The notes beneath the pieces were generated by a model, which saw only the letters and a list, made by a program, of their open reading frames with translations, did not search any database and was not told the DNA's origin. The position numbers and the translations under genes were made by a program. Positions 44,966 to 52,913 of a DNA stretch of 64,000 nucleotides are shown piece by piece (the first letter of the stretch is position 1; the number at the start of each line of letters is the position of its first letter). This DNA comes from Eubacteriales bacterium (lineage in GTDB: Bacteria > Bacillota > Clostridia > Oscillospirales > SIG627). The stretch covers positions 36,157 through 100,156 of the forward strand of contig JAZSAT010000038.1 of the NCBI GenBank assembly GCA_045602025.1, in the 5' to 3' direction.

Positions 44966-45002
44966 AAAAAAAAAGAACAGCCTCTCGGCTGTTCTTTTTT
45001 TC
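44966..45002. terminator. Bidirectional terminator
   Basis: The hairpin agaacagcc/tctc/ggctgttct is flanked by A9 and T8. Confidence 0.8.
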
Positions 45003-45004
45003 TT

Positions 45005-46360
45005 TTAATCCTTCAATTCATCAAGCTTTAATTCATCAAGCATATCCAGATACTCGGTAACCATCTCCTCGCCGGTTCCGGCTGCAAAGGTGCAGGCCTC
45101 TACCTCATAACCGCCGTTCTTGAAGCCGAGAGCGGAGGGAATATACCCGAAGGCGTGGTTGGTATATGCCAAAACAAAGGTCATATCAAAGGGGGAAGCC
45201 GCCTTGATCTGAACACCGTTGGTACAGAACATTTCATAAGGTGCGGTAACAAATGCTACCGGTCCGAGAGAAATGGCACTGACATGAATATTTTCTCCCA
45301 TATCCGGTGTACGGTTACTTCTTCCCAAAATACCCTTTGCGTGATAATAGGAATGATAACCGTATTTTTCGCAAAGCTTATTGATCTCTGTCCAGTCTTC
45401 ACCGCGGTCAAAGGCAGCACAGATCTCTTTTGCCTCCTCAGCATTGAATCCGGGAGGATTCAGCTGAAGATGACCGAAGTGATCCCTCTCTACCACGCGG
45501 ATCTTGTCAAATTCCACAAGCTTCATATTGTCAAGGGCTTTGGCAAGGTAATTTGTCAGCTCAATGCCGTGCTTGATATGGTTGGAGTTGGAGATCTCTC
45601 CCTTAACGGAGGAGTTGGGAACCACATTTCCTGCTGCTCCCTGATAGAAAGCAAACAGAATATCCAGTTTTTTCTCAGCAGCATCACGGAAGCCGCCCAC
45701 CCAGTCAGCCGATACATCGGTGCGCTTCAGGCCGCTTGTGGTCGTAACATGGCAGGGGAAGTTTACCATAACAACATCCTTTGCGCCGGCTCTGCGGAAA
45801 CGGATCACCTGAAGAGTCGGGTCAACACGGGTCTCGTGCATAGCAATGGGCGCATTGCTGGGGGTAACATACGCAACACCGGAGAAGGTACCGTCAGCGC
45901 GGTAGTAGCGGCGCACATAGTTCATCTGATGGGTATCAATGCTACCCACATACATCTCGGCAGTCTTAAGACTGTCTACAGCATCCTTTGCCGCCTTCTG
46001 CATGCCTTCATAGAAGGTGGGAAGGAAGGACTCTACGGATTTTGCACCGTCACGCACATTGGGAGCAGAGTGGTTATGGGTGGCAGTAATAAAAATATTC
46101 TTTCTGGGGATAGAAAGGTTTTCCTCCACCCATTCAGAAACGATGCGGTGGTTTTTCCTGGAAACACCAAGAAGGTCCACGCTGTAAAACAGAAGGGTTT
46201 CTTCTCCGTCGGAAATGGCAACACAGGTCAGACACAGGTCGTCCATAATGTTTTCACTCAGTCTCGCATCCGTATTACCGAAGCCTCCGAGGCCGACTCC
46301 CTTCGGGATATCCATTGCAACACGGCCGTATCCCACACGCAATGTTTTCTTTTCTTTCAT
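45005..46360 (-). CDS. Neutral/alkaline ceramidase N-terminal-domain-like hydrolase (451 aa)
   Basis: The block FITATHNHSAPN parallels the ceramidase metal-binding THTHSGP block. The N-terminus is RVGYGRVAMDIPKGVGLGGFG. Confidence 0.55.
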   Translation of the reverse strand: MKEKKTLRVGYGRVAMDIPKGVGLGGFGNTDARLSENIMDDLCLTCVAISDGEETLLFYSVDLLGVSRKNHRIVSEWVEENLSIPRKNIFITATHNHSAPNVRDGAKSVESFLPTFYEGMQKAAKDAVDSLKTAEMYVGSIDTHQMNYVRRYYRADGTFSGVAYVTPSNAPIAMHETRVDPTLQVIRFRRAGAKDVVMVNFPCHVTTTSGLKRTDVSADWVGGFRDAAEKKLDILFAFYQGAAGNVVPNSSVKGEISNSNHIKHGIELTNYLAKALDNMKLVEFDKIRVVERDHFGHLQLNPPGFNAEEAKEICAAFDRGEDWTEINKLCEKYGYHSYYHAKGILGRSNRTPDMGENIHVSAISLGPVAFVTAPYEMFCTNGVQIKAASPFDMTFVLAYTNHAFGYIPSALGFKNGGYEVEACTFAAGTGEEMVTEYLDMLDELKLDELKD

Positions 46361-46544
46361 TATTTTTCTCCTCTTTATTTTTCAGGTTACAACCTTTAAA
46401 TTCAAAAGCATTTTTATACATAACTACTTCTTTTTTCATTATAGTTTCTTCAATCCGCGATTGCAAGGCTTTTTTGAAAAAAAGTCCGTGTCAAGGTTTT
46501 TTCCTTCGCATAAAATATACTGTGGAAAAAGAAGGGAGAATCTT

Positions 46545-47327
46545 ATGAAAACCATCTATCTTCAAGGTGTTGACCCAAGACTTGTTCTTTTGGGAGAGCG
46601 CGCCCTGGAAACAGGCCTTCGCGTATATAAAAAGATTCCCGACAAGGCAGAAAAAGAAGCCGTTTTTGTTTTTGATCCTACAGAAAAAACCGAAAACATA
46701 CTTCCCGTATTGGAAAAAGCAGAAAAAGGCTCTCTTTTTTTGCTGTGGAGAACCGATCCCGAGATCTTCGCTCGCGCCGAAGAAAAAAAGATCCGTGTCA
46801 AAAACATTTTGGAAGACAAGACATATCTTTTAAAAAATGCGCGGGAAACCGCGGAAGGGGTGCTTGCCAGTGTGATCGTGGAAACCGACCGTGTCCTTTC
46901 GGATCAGTGCATCTTAGTCTACGGCTACGGAAATTGTGGGCAAGAAATTGCAAAGCTCCTGTGGCTTCTCGGGTGCGAGGTCTTTATCTGGTCCAGAGAA
47001 CGGGGCTGCAAAAAGGCCTTGGACGACGGCTTTAATATTTACCCCGCACCAACAAAGGGTCTTTTTATGTTCGACGGCGTAGTCAACACCGTTCCCGAAC
47101 AGATTTTTTCTCCCGAGCTTCTCTCCACTCTGCGGCCAAATACACATTTTTTTCAAGTAGCAAGCGGCACAAGCGGCATTTCGGAAAAGCTTCTGAAAAA
47201 CAAAGGAATCCTTTATCACGATCTTCACGGGCTTCCGGGGAAATTTTCTCCCGCTACCGACGCCGATGCCCTCTTTGATGTTCTGACCGCAGTCATTTCC
47301 GACGAAAAAGAAAGGATATCCCTATGA
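46545..47327 (+). CDS. dpaA: Dipicolinate synthase subunit A (260 aa)
   Basis: The start MKTIYLQG follows gaagggagaa. It has a Rossmann motif (VYGYGNCGQEIAKLL) and a 4-nt overlap with dpaB. Confidence 0.8.
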   Translation: MKTIYLQGVDPRLVLLGERALETGLRVYKKIPDKAEKEAVFVFDPTEKTENILPVLEKAEKGSLFLLWRTDPEIFARAEEKKIRVKNILEDKTYLLKNARETAEGVLASVIVETDRVLSDQCILVYGYGNCGQEIAKLLWLLGCEVFIWSRERGCKKALDDGFNIYPAPTKGLFMFDGVVNTVPEQIFSPELLSTLRPNTHFFQVASGTSGISEKLLKNKGILYHDLHGLPGKFSPATDADALFDVLTAVISDEKERISL

Positions 47328-47887
47328 AAACCATCGGATTTGCCATGACGGGGTCCTTCTGTACTTTGGAAAAAAGCCTTTTCTTAATGGAGGAGATGAC
47401 AAAAAAGTATACAGTCCTTCCCATTATTTCCGAGCGTGTTGCAGAAACAGACACCCGTTTTTTTAAAAAAGAAGAGGTAATCGCCCGCATAGAAAAAATT
47501 ACGGGGCAAAAGCCCCTGAAAAGCATTTGCCAAGTGGAGCCGATCGGACCGAAAAAGATGCTGGACCTTCTTCTCATCTGTCCTTGCACGGGAAATACCC
47601 TTTCCAAAATGGCTTATGGAATCACTGACAGCTGTGTGACCATGGCAGCAAAATCCCAGCGGCGGATCGGTGGAAATGTACTGATCGCGCTTTCTACCAA
47701 TGACGCCCTCTCGGGCAGTGCCGCGAGCCTTGGAACAATGCTTGACAAAAAAGGCTTTTTCTTTGTTCCCTTAAAGCAGGACGACCCTTTGGGGAAACCC
47801 GCTTCCCTGCAATGTGATTTTTCTCTCGTTCCGAAAGCCCTTGAGGCTGCTCTGGAGGGAAAAAGCCTCACACCTCTTTTTTTATAA
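47324..47887 (+). CDS. dpaB: Dipicolinate synthase subunit B (flavoprotein, 187 aa)
   Basis: It contains MKTIGFAMTGSFCT and CPCTGNTLSKMAYGITDS. Confidence 0.85.
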   Translation: MKTIGFAMTGSFCTLEKSLFLMEEMTKKYTVLPIISERVAETDTRFFKKEEVIARIEKITGQKPLKSICQVEPIGPKKMLDLLLICPCTGNTLSKMAYGITDSCVTMAAKSQRRIGGNVLIALSTNDALSGSAASLGTMLDKKGFFFVPLKQDDPLGKPASLQCDFSLVPKALEAALEGKSLTPLFL

Positions 47888-47888
47888 A

Positions 47889-47927
47889 GAAAAAAAGAAA
47901 CCAAACCGAGGTTTGGTTTCTTTTTGT
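47889..47927. terminator. Bidirectional terminator shared by dpaB and giant gene 1
   Basis: The hairpin is aagaaaccaaac/cgag/gtttggtttctt with flanking A and T runs. Confidence 0.8.
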
Positions 47928-47931
47928 TTGT

Positions 47932-50900
47932 TTAGAGTTCTACCTTGCCGCCAAGCTCAGCTTCTGTGCCGGCTTCGGGAGGATTCACGATCGAAACATC
48001 TCTGTTCAGGTAGTTATCAACTGCCTGAATGTAAATGAGGACATGCTTTGCAAGGCTGTTGTCAGGCTCCTTATTGATAATGCTCTGAGCCACCCAATCT
48101 ACCTGATCGGAAAGGGTAAGACACTTCTTACCGTTCTGATCAAAAATCTCAAAGTCCATCTTGTTCTGCATTTTAGATACGCTGAAGAAAATATCCACCG
48201 TAAATTCATATCTATCGCCCACCAAAACAGGCTCGGATACATCGCATACAGAGGTAACATCCTCTCCGTCTACCAGGATCTTCAAGCCATTTACACTCTC
48301 TGCGCTTGCCGCGGTACCGTAGAGACGGATACCGAGCGCATCATTCATCAGAAGGTTCTTGCCGGTAAAGGTAAGAAGTGCACCCTCTTCCGCTGCGCTG
48401 CCGCTTGCTCTGCTCGTCACAGCAGTATGATGAAGGTCGTGCTCTGCAAAACCGGGATTCAGTACGACTCTGCCAAGATCCGCAATGGAGTAGAAAAGCT
48501 GCTTGTCTCTGAATTCTGTGCAGCTTGCCGCGCCAAGCTCCGCAAGCTTAACAATGGTATTGTATTTTGCGCTGTTGGCATCATAGATTGTTTCACCCAG
48601 GATCGCAAATTCTGTCATAAAGTCGGAAAGTCCGATTCCGCCAAAGGAAAGAACATAATATTCTCCTTCTGCAGTCAAATCGGCAAAGCCGCCTTCTGCC
48701 AGCTTCTGTCCGCCCAGAAGAACCGTATAGGTAAAGTCTTCTGTGATATCCGCCTTGTTAAAGTAGAATTTCACACCTACTCTGGTATCCAAAAGAAGCT
48801 TTGCGGATACAGGAGCTACAAAGGTAGCCTCCTTGTAAGTACCTACAACCGTATTTGCATCTACCGCACCCTGACCGCAAACATAATCAGCAACCGAAAG
48901 CGTAAGCTTTCCGGTAGAATCGGTCAGGTAGGTACGGTCCTGCCAGTATTCTACCTGTGATACGGTTACATTGCCTTCCTCTGCGCCTGTAATGGTAACA
49001 GAGGCATCCTTGCCCACCTGAATGATACCGCTGCCGGTAAGAGATTCAACGGTGGTAGTACCGTAGAAGGTAATGGGCTTTGTGCCCAGGTTAAATGTAA
49101 GGGTTGCAGTGGTAACACCGCTGGTTTTCGCGCCCTTTGTAACGCTGCCGCGGAAAGCACCGCCGTTGATCGTGGTATTTACCGTGGGAATGGTAGCACT
49201 TTCACCTCCGCCGTAGAAGGTAGTGATATCACCGCCGGAAATGGTATTGGTTACCGTACCGGTTACCGTTCCGCCCTTGGAGCCGCCGTAGAAGGTACCG
49301 ATCGTACCGCCGTAAATTTCATTTTCAATGCTGCCGCTGAAGGTATTCACGCGGCTGCCGCCATAGAAGGTACCAACCTTACCGCCAAGGAAAATGTTCT
49401 TTACAAGTGCCGCAGAGCCGCCGTTGGCCGCCGCATATATGCCTTCCATGTCTGCGCCGTCTCTGATATAAGTTACAATTTTCGTTGTTACCTTACCGCT
49501 GTTACATCCGCCGCTGGGGTATCCTGTCATTTTTGCGGCAAAATGGTTTTCGATCTCATTGACTGTTGCGGAGTTACTGCCACAGTAGAAGCCTGTAGTA
49601 AACTTGGTCTGAGCCCCGCAAATGGTATTCTTAATGATCTTGTCGGTAGCAGTGGAAGCAGAAGCTCCGGAATAGCGAATAAAGCTTGCACCGTCGATCT
49701 CATTGATAATACGGTAAGTAAGGGAATCGTTTTCAGCAAAGGTAGCCAGGCTGTTACCGCCGTAGAACCAGTCGCCCTGGAAGGAAGCACCCTTGATCTT
49801 GTTGGTGATAGAGCCCTTAACGGTATATCCGCTCTTTTCGGTACCACCGTAGGTATTGTAAGAAGCAAGCTTCGCGCCTGTATCATCGTAGGTAATACCG
49901 CCGTAAGTACCGCCGATAAAGCTGTTTTCAATATTGCCGATAATGTTTCTGGTATAGTTACCGCAGAAAAGATTACCGAAAATAGTACAGTTCTTAAAGG
50001 TATTCTTAATGTTACCGTTCACCTGATTCTCGTAAGCGCCCATATAATGGCTGGCAGTAGCAGGCATGGTTACATTTTCAAAATAGTTCTCAATGGAAGC
50101 GGGAGAACCGCATCTTACACCGATAAAGGTAGACCCTGTAGCATTGGCAAAGCTTACATTTCTCAAAATATTGGTTACCTTGCCGCTGCCGCCACCGCCG
50201 TGGATCGCATCGCCCAGGGAGACACCCTGAATATTAAAGGTAACATCGCCCGTACAGCTACCGGGATTTGAACCGGAGCCGAAAAGACCTCTCAGATACT
50301 TCTGAATGGTAATTTCGCCGTCGGTAGGAGCAACTGTCAGGTTCATATCACCTTGAAGGTGACCGTCCCAAAGCATGTTAACACCGCGAAGAGAGCCACC
50401 GGTTACAATAACATTCATATCACCGTAGTACTGCTCGCCCTGACCCTCGGTATCGCCGCTCTGAGAGGTGCTGTGATCACCGTAGATCATATTCACGGTA
50501 CCCTTCTTCAAATGAACGGTAGCATCGGAGGGAGCTCCGCCCAGCTTTGTACTGATGTTCTGAAGGATCGTACCTTCACCGTCAATGGTCAAAGTAGGCT
50601 TAACCTGATAGGGTCTGATATCTGCCGCACCGGACACACCGGAAGCATAATACTTGATCGCCTTTGCCTCAGCATCGGAAAGAGCAGTGGTATTCTGGTT
50701 GAAAAGATAACCGGAAGCCGCTGCGCGGATTACGTTAGAATCCACAAATTCCACACCGTCACCGATGGTAACACCGGTCTTAACGGTTTCCCCTTCCTTC
50801 AGGGCAGGCCAACCAACAAATACAGCATCGGTACAGTTGTCTGCAAACAGGTATCCCTTATGCTCAAAATCAGCACCGTATGCACCGATGGGAGAGTTAC

Positions 50901-52356
50901 CTACTTCATACCAAAGCATTCTGGCATTGGGATTATTTTCCTTGAAGAAATCATATACATCGCCGATACCAAATTTAGCAACCCCATTTTCCTTATAAAC
51001 GCAGTTATCGATAACCTTGGTCTTATTTACCTCGTGATCTCCGGGATAAAAACCAAAGTCATCCAGGTGGTTGGTGGTTTCAAATACTGCTACGCTATCC
51101 CATGCCTTTGCGGGAAGAATGTCGGAAAGCAGTCTTATCGTATTCATCTCGTTGGATTTTACCGCACCCTGGCCGTTTGCATCGTACCAAACCTGCATGG
51201 AGTAGTCGCCGTTATCATTATAAATGTTGGAAGCAATGGTAGAGAATGCAATACTGGAGGTGTAGGCGTGGTGCACCTTCATATTCACACCTGCAGCACG
51301 GGCAACGGAAGCAAGCTCATCAATGCAGTAGTAAGCATTGGAAGAGCCGATAATCAAAAAGTTATAAATATTGTCAGCACCGATATCATCGGGCAAAACC
51401 TCTGTGCAGTAGCCTTCACCGTATTCCGCCGCAACCGCTGCATGAGCGATCTCCTGAAGCTCTTCAAAGGTCATATCGCTGTTTTTCAGGCTATAGGAAG
51501 GACGGAAGGTGTTGCCGATACAGCTTTTTCTCGTCAGTGTTTCAAACAGTACACAGGCATACAGATACTGACCGCCGCCGATATCACCCTCGTGACGCCA
51601 GTCACCGTAGTCAAGACCGTTTTTCATGGAATTTGCAAAAAGGAGATGACCCAGTTCTTCATCGCCGAATGCCGCGCTTTCCGCAGCCAGCATAGCAGCG
51701 TCGTTTACAGGGATCAGATCCACATCGTAAGTATCTCTTACATGCTCGGAAAGATGGGTGGAAAGAGCCGCCATCTCTTCAAATTCATCTCTGGTGGGAA
51801 CCATCAGCTGTGTGGTTCCGGAAAAGTTCAGATCGCAGTCTACAAACTTAATATTACCGGAGCCTGCATAAAACTGTGTATTCTGAGCCGCAAGAGGCAC
51901 CGTCATATTCACAAAGGTATAGTCGTTGGCACAGGCATACCAGCCGCCTGCTGCATCCAGATAAATAGATGAATCACGCTCGTAATTCTTATCAATACCG
52001 CGGATGGTAATGGGAAGCTTGGTACCGTCCTCTCTCCAGATAGTCGTAGCAGAAAAGAGAAGTCCCTGCTTACCCGTGGTAGTGGAATCGATACCCTGAG
52101 GTCCTGCCGATACCAGATCGCCCTGGAAACGGATCTCAAGGACATCGTCCTTGCCCCAGGAAACCTTTGCTGCCTTCTGCATTGCTGCAACAAAGTTAGA
52201 AAAATGCAGCTTTCCTTCTTCTTCGTAATCCGCTACGGTATAGATCTCCGTAGGGGTCTGCACTTGCGCCTTTGCACCGATGAAAAGCGCACCTGTCACA
52301 CAGGTGACCAGCATCATGATCGCAAGAACAAGTGATATCAGCTTGCGTTTTGTCAT
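47932..52356 (-). CDS. Giant secreted glycine-rich solenoid (beta-helix-like) protein with nested SGNH/DUF4886-like module, paralog 1 (1474 aa)
   Basis: The start MTKRKLISLVLAIMMLV (signal peptide) has the SD ggagg. It contains long imperfect repeats of the form N.I.GG....FYGG. It aligns end to end with 52914..57341. Confidence 0.8.
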   Translation of the reverse strand: MTKRKLISLVLAIMMLVTCVTGALFIGAKAQVQTPTEIYTVADYEEEGKLHFSNFVAAMQKAAKVSWGKDDVLEIRFQGDLVSAGPQGIDSTTTGKQGLLFSATTIWREDGTKLPITIRGIDKNYERDSSIYLDAAGGWYACANDYTFVNMTVPLAAQNTQFYAGSGNIKFVDCDLNFSGTTQLMVPTRDEFEEMAALSTHLSEHVRDTYDVDLIPVNDAAMLAAESAAFGDEELGHLLFANSMKNGLDYGDWRHEGDIGGGQYLYACVLFETLTRKSCIGNTFRPSYSLKNSDMTFEELQEIAHAAVAAEYGEGYCTEVLPDDIGADNIYNFLIIGSSNAYYCIDELASVARAAGVNMKVHHAYTSSIAFSTIASNIYNDNGDYSMQVWYDANGQGAVKSNEMNTIRLLSDILPAKAWDSVAVFETTNHLDDFGFYPGDHEVNKTKVIDNCVYKENGVAKFGIGDVYDFFKENNPNARMLWYEVGNSPIGAYGADFEHKGYLFADNCTDAVFVGWPALKEGETVKTGVTIGDGVEFVDSNVIRAAASGYLFNQNTTALSDAEAKAIKYYASGVSGAADIRPYQVKPTLTIDGEGTILQNISTKLGGAPSDATVHLKKGTVNMIYGDHSTSQSGDTEGQGEQYYGDMNVIVTGGSLRGVNMLWDGHLQGDMNLTVAPTDGEITIQKYLRGLFGSGSNPGSCTGDVTFNIQGVSLGDAIHGGGGSGKVTNILRNVSFANATGSTFIGVRCGSPASIENYFENVTMPATASHYMGAYENQVNGNIKNTFKNCTIFGNLFCGNYTRNIIGNIENSFIGGTYGGITYDDTGAKLASYNTYGGTEKSGYTVKGSITNKIKGASFQGDWFYGGNSLATFAENDSLTYRIINEIDGASFIRYSGASASTATDKIIKNTICGAQTKFTTGFYCGSNSATVNEIENHFAAKMTGYPSGGCNSGKVTTKIVTYIRDGADMEGIYAAANGGSAALVKNIFLGGKVGTFYGGSRVNTFSGSIENEIYGGTIGTFYGGSKGGTVTGTVTNTISGGDITTFYGGGESATIPTVNTTINGGAFRGSVTKGAKTSGVTTATLTFNLGTKPITFYGTTTVESLTGSGIIQVGKDASVTITGAEEGNVTVSQVEYWQDRTYLTDSTGKLTLSVADYVCGQGAVDANTVVGTYKEATFVAPVSAKLLLDTRVGVKFYFNKADITEDFTYTVLLGGQKLAEGGFADLTAEGEYYVLSFGGIGLSDFMTEFAILGETIYDANSAKYNTIVKLAELGAASCTEFRDKQLFYSIADLGRVVLNPGFAEHDLHHTAVTSRASGSAAEEGALLTFTGKNLLMNDALGIRLYGTAASAESVNGLKILVDGEDVTSVCDVSEPVLVGDRYEFTVDIFFSVSKMQNKMDFEIFDQNGKKCLTLSDQVDWVAQSIINKEPDNSLAKHVLIYIQAVDNYLNRDVSIVNPPEAGTEAELGGKVEL

Positions 52357-52409
52357 TGTTTTTCCTCCAAAAAACTTTTTCAGGAATATTTCATTCCTTC
52401 GCACCTTAC

Positions 52410-52438
52410 ATTCTACCTTAAATATGGGCTTCTTTCAA
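52410..52438 (-). promoter_or_regulatory. Putative promoter TTGAAA-17-TAGAAT for giant gene 1
   Basis: On the minus strand the -35 is at 52438-52433 and the -10 at 52415-52410. Confidence 0.4.
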
Positions 52439-52584
52439 CCTCTTTTTCTTTCCAATCGAAAAAAACAGCAAAAAAGACTATTAATTTCGAAAAAATTTGT
52501 GTATTTTAACGAAAAAAGAAACCAAACCGAGAGAAACACTTCGTGAAGAAGTTGTCTCTCTCGGTTTTTATTCCAACAAAAAAA

Positions 52585-52617
52585 TGACACTTTGCACAAA
52601 GATTATGAAAGTGTCAT
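52585..52617 (-). terminator. Hairpin + T-run inside the insertion
   Basis: The hairpin is atgacacttt/14-nt loop/aaagtgtcat, followed on the minus strand by T7. Confidence 0.5.
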
Positions 52618-52685
52618 AGTGGGTTACATACTTTGAGAAAGGTAATACTTGCCGAAAATGAAGAATATCTTTCTCAGCAGGTAAA

Positions 52686-52862
52686 GTGATTTTGCAAACT
52701 AAAAGTTTGCAGTGATATTTTTGCCTTGCGGCAAAAGTGATATGAAAACCTTGCGGTTTTCGTGATATTATATTCGCCCTAAAAACTGTCCGCAGGACAA
52801 TACCACTAGCATCAGCTAATATCACTGCGAAGCAATATCACTCGCCGTCAGGCGAATATAAC
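52686..52862. repeat. Composite palindromic array: 4x GTGAT(A/T)T+hairpin, then 4x hairpin+ATA(T/C)(C/A)AC
   Basis: GTGATAT-type heptamers lie at 52686, 52712, 52737 and 52762, each followed by a 7-8 bp hairpin. Their reverse complements lie at 52800, 52819, 52835 and 52856, each preceded by a short hairpin. An inverted repeat tatattcgcc/ggcgaatata is present at 52769-52778 and 52851-52860. Confidence 0.65.
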
Positions 52863-52913
52863 TGAGGCACCTTCCTTACGGAGGGTGCCTCGAAGTTTGG
52901 TTTCTTTTTTTGT

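Larger units (their letters stand above)
52532..52894. other. 363-nt non-coding insertion splitting a duplicated terminator hairpin
   Basis: The left arm ..gaaaaaagaaaccaaaccgag ends at 52531. The right arm gtttggtttcttttttt begins at 52895. In the copy at 47889-47927 the two arms are contiguous. Confidence 0.6.

Noticed and set aside
48043-51972. Plus-strand ORFs of 305, 242 and 539 aa (48043..48960, 49543..50271, 50353..51972), with similar ones at 55353..56273 and 56310..57266
   Set aside because: All are antisense, codon-aligned shadows of the two giant minus-strand genes. They have no SD sequences and no recognisable motifs.
52568-52825. 85-aa ORF in the gap between the giant paralogs
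   Set aside because: It reads straight through the GTGATAT/hairpin repeat array, so its peptide simply echoes the repeats. It has no SD, and the region is better explained as non-coding structured DNA or RNA.
52686-52862. Possible CRISPR array
   Set aside because: The repeated unit is only 7 nt. The 'spacers' are themselves hairpins of 16-19 nt. The polarity flips midway, and no cas genes are present.
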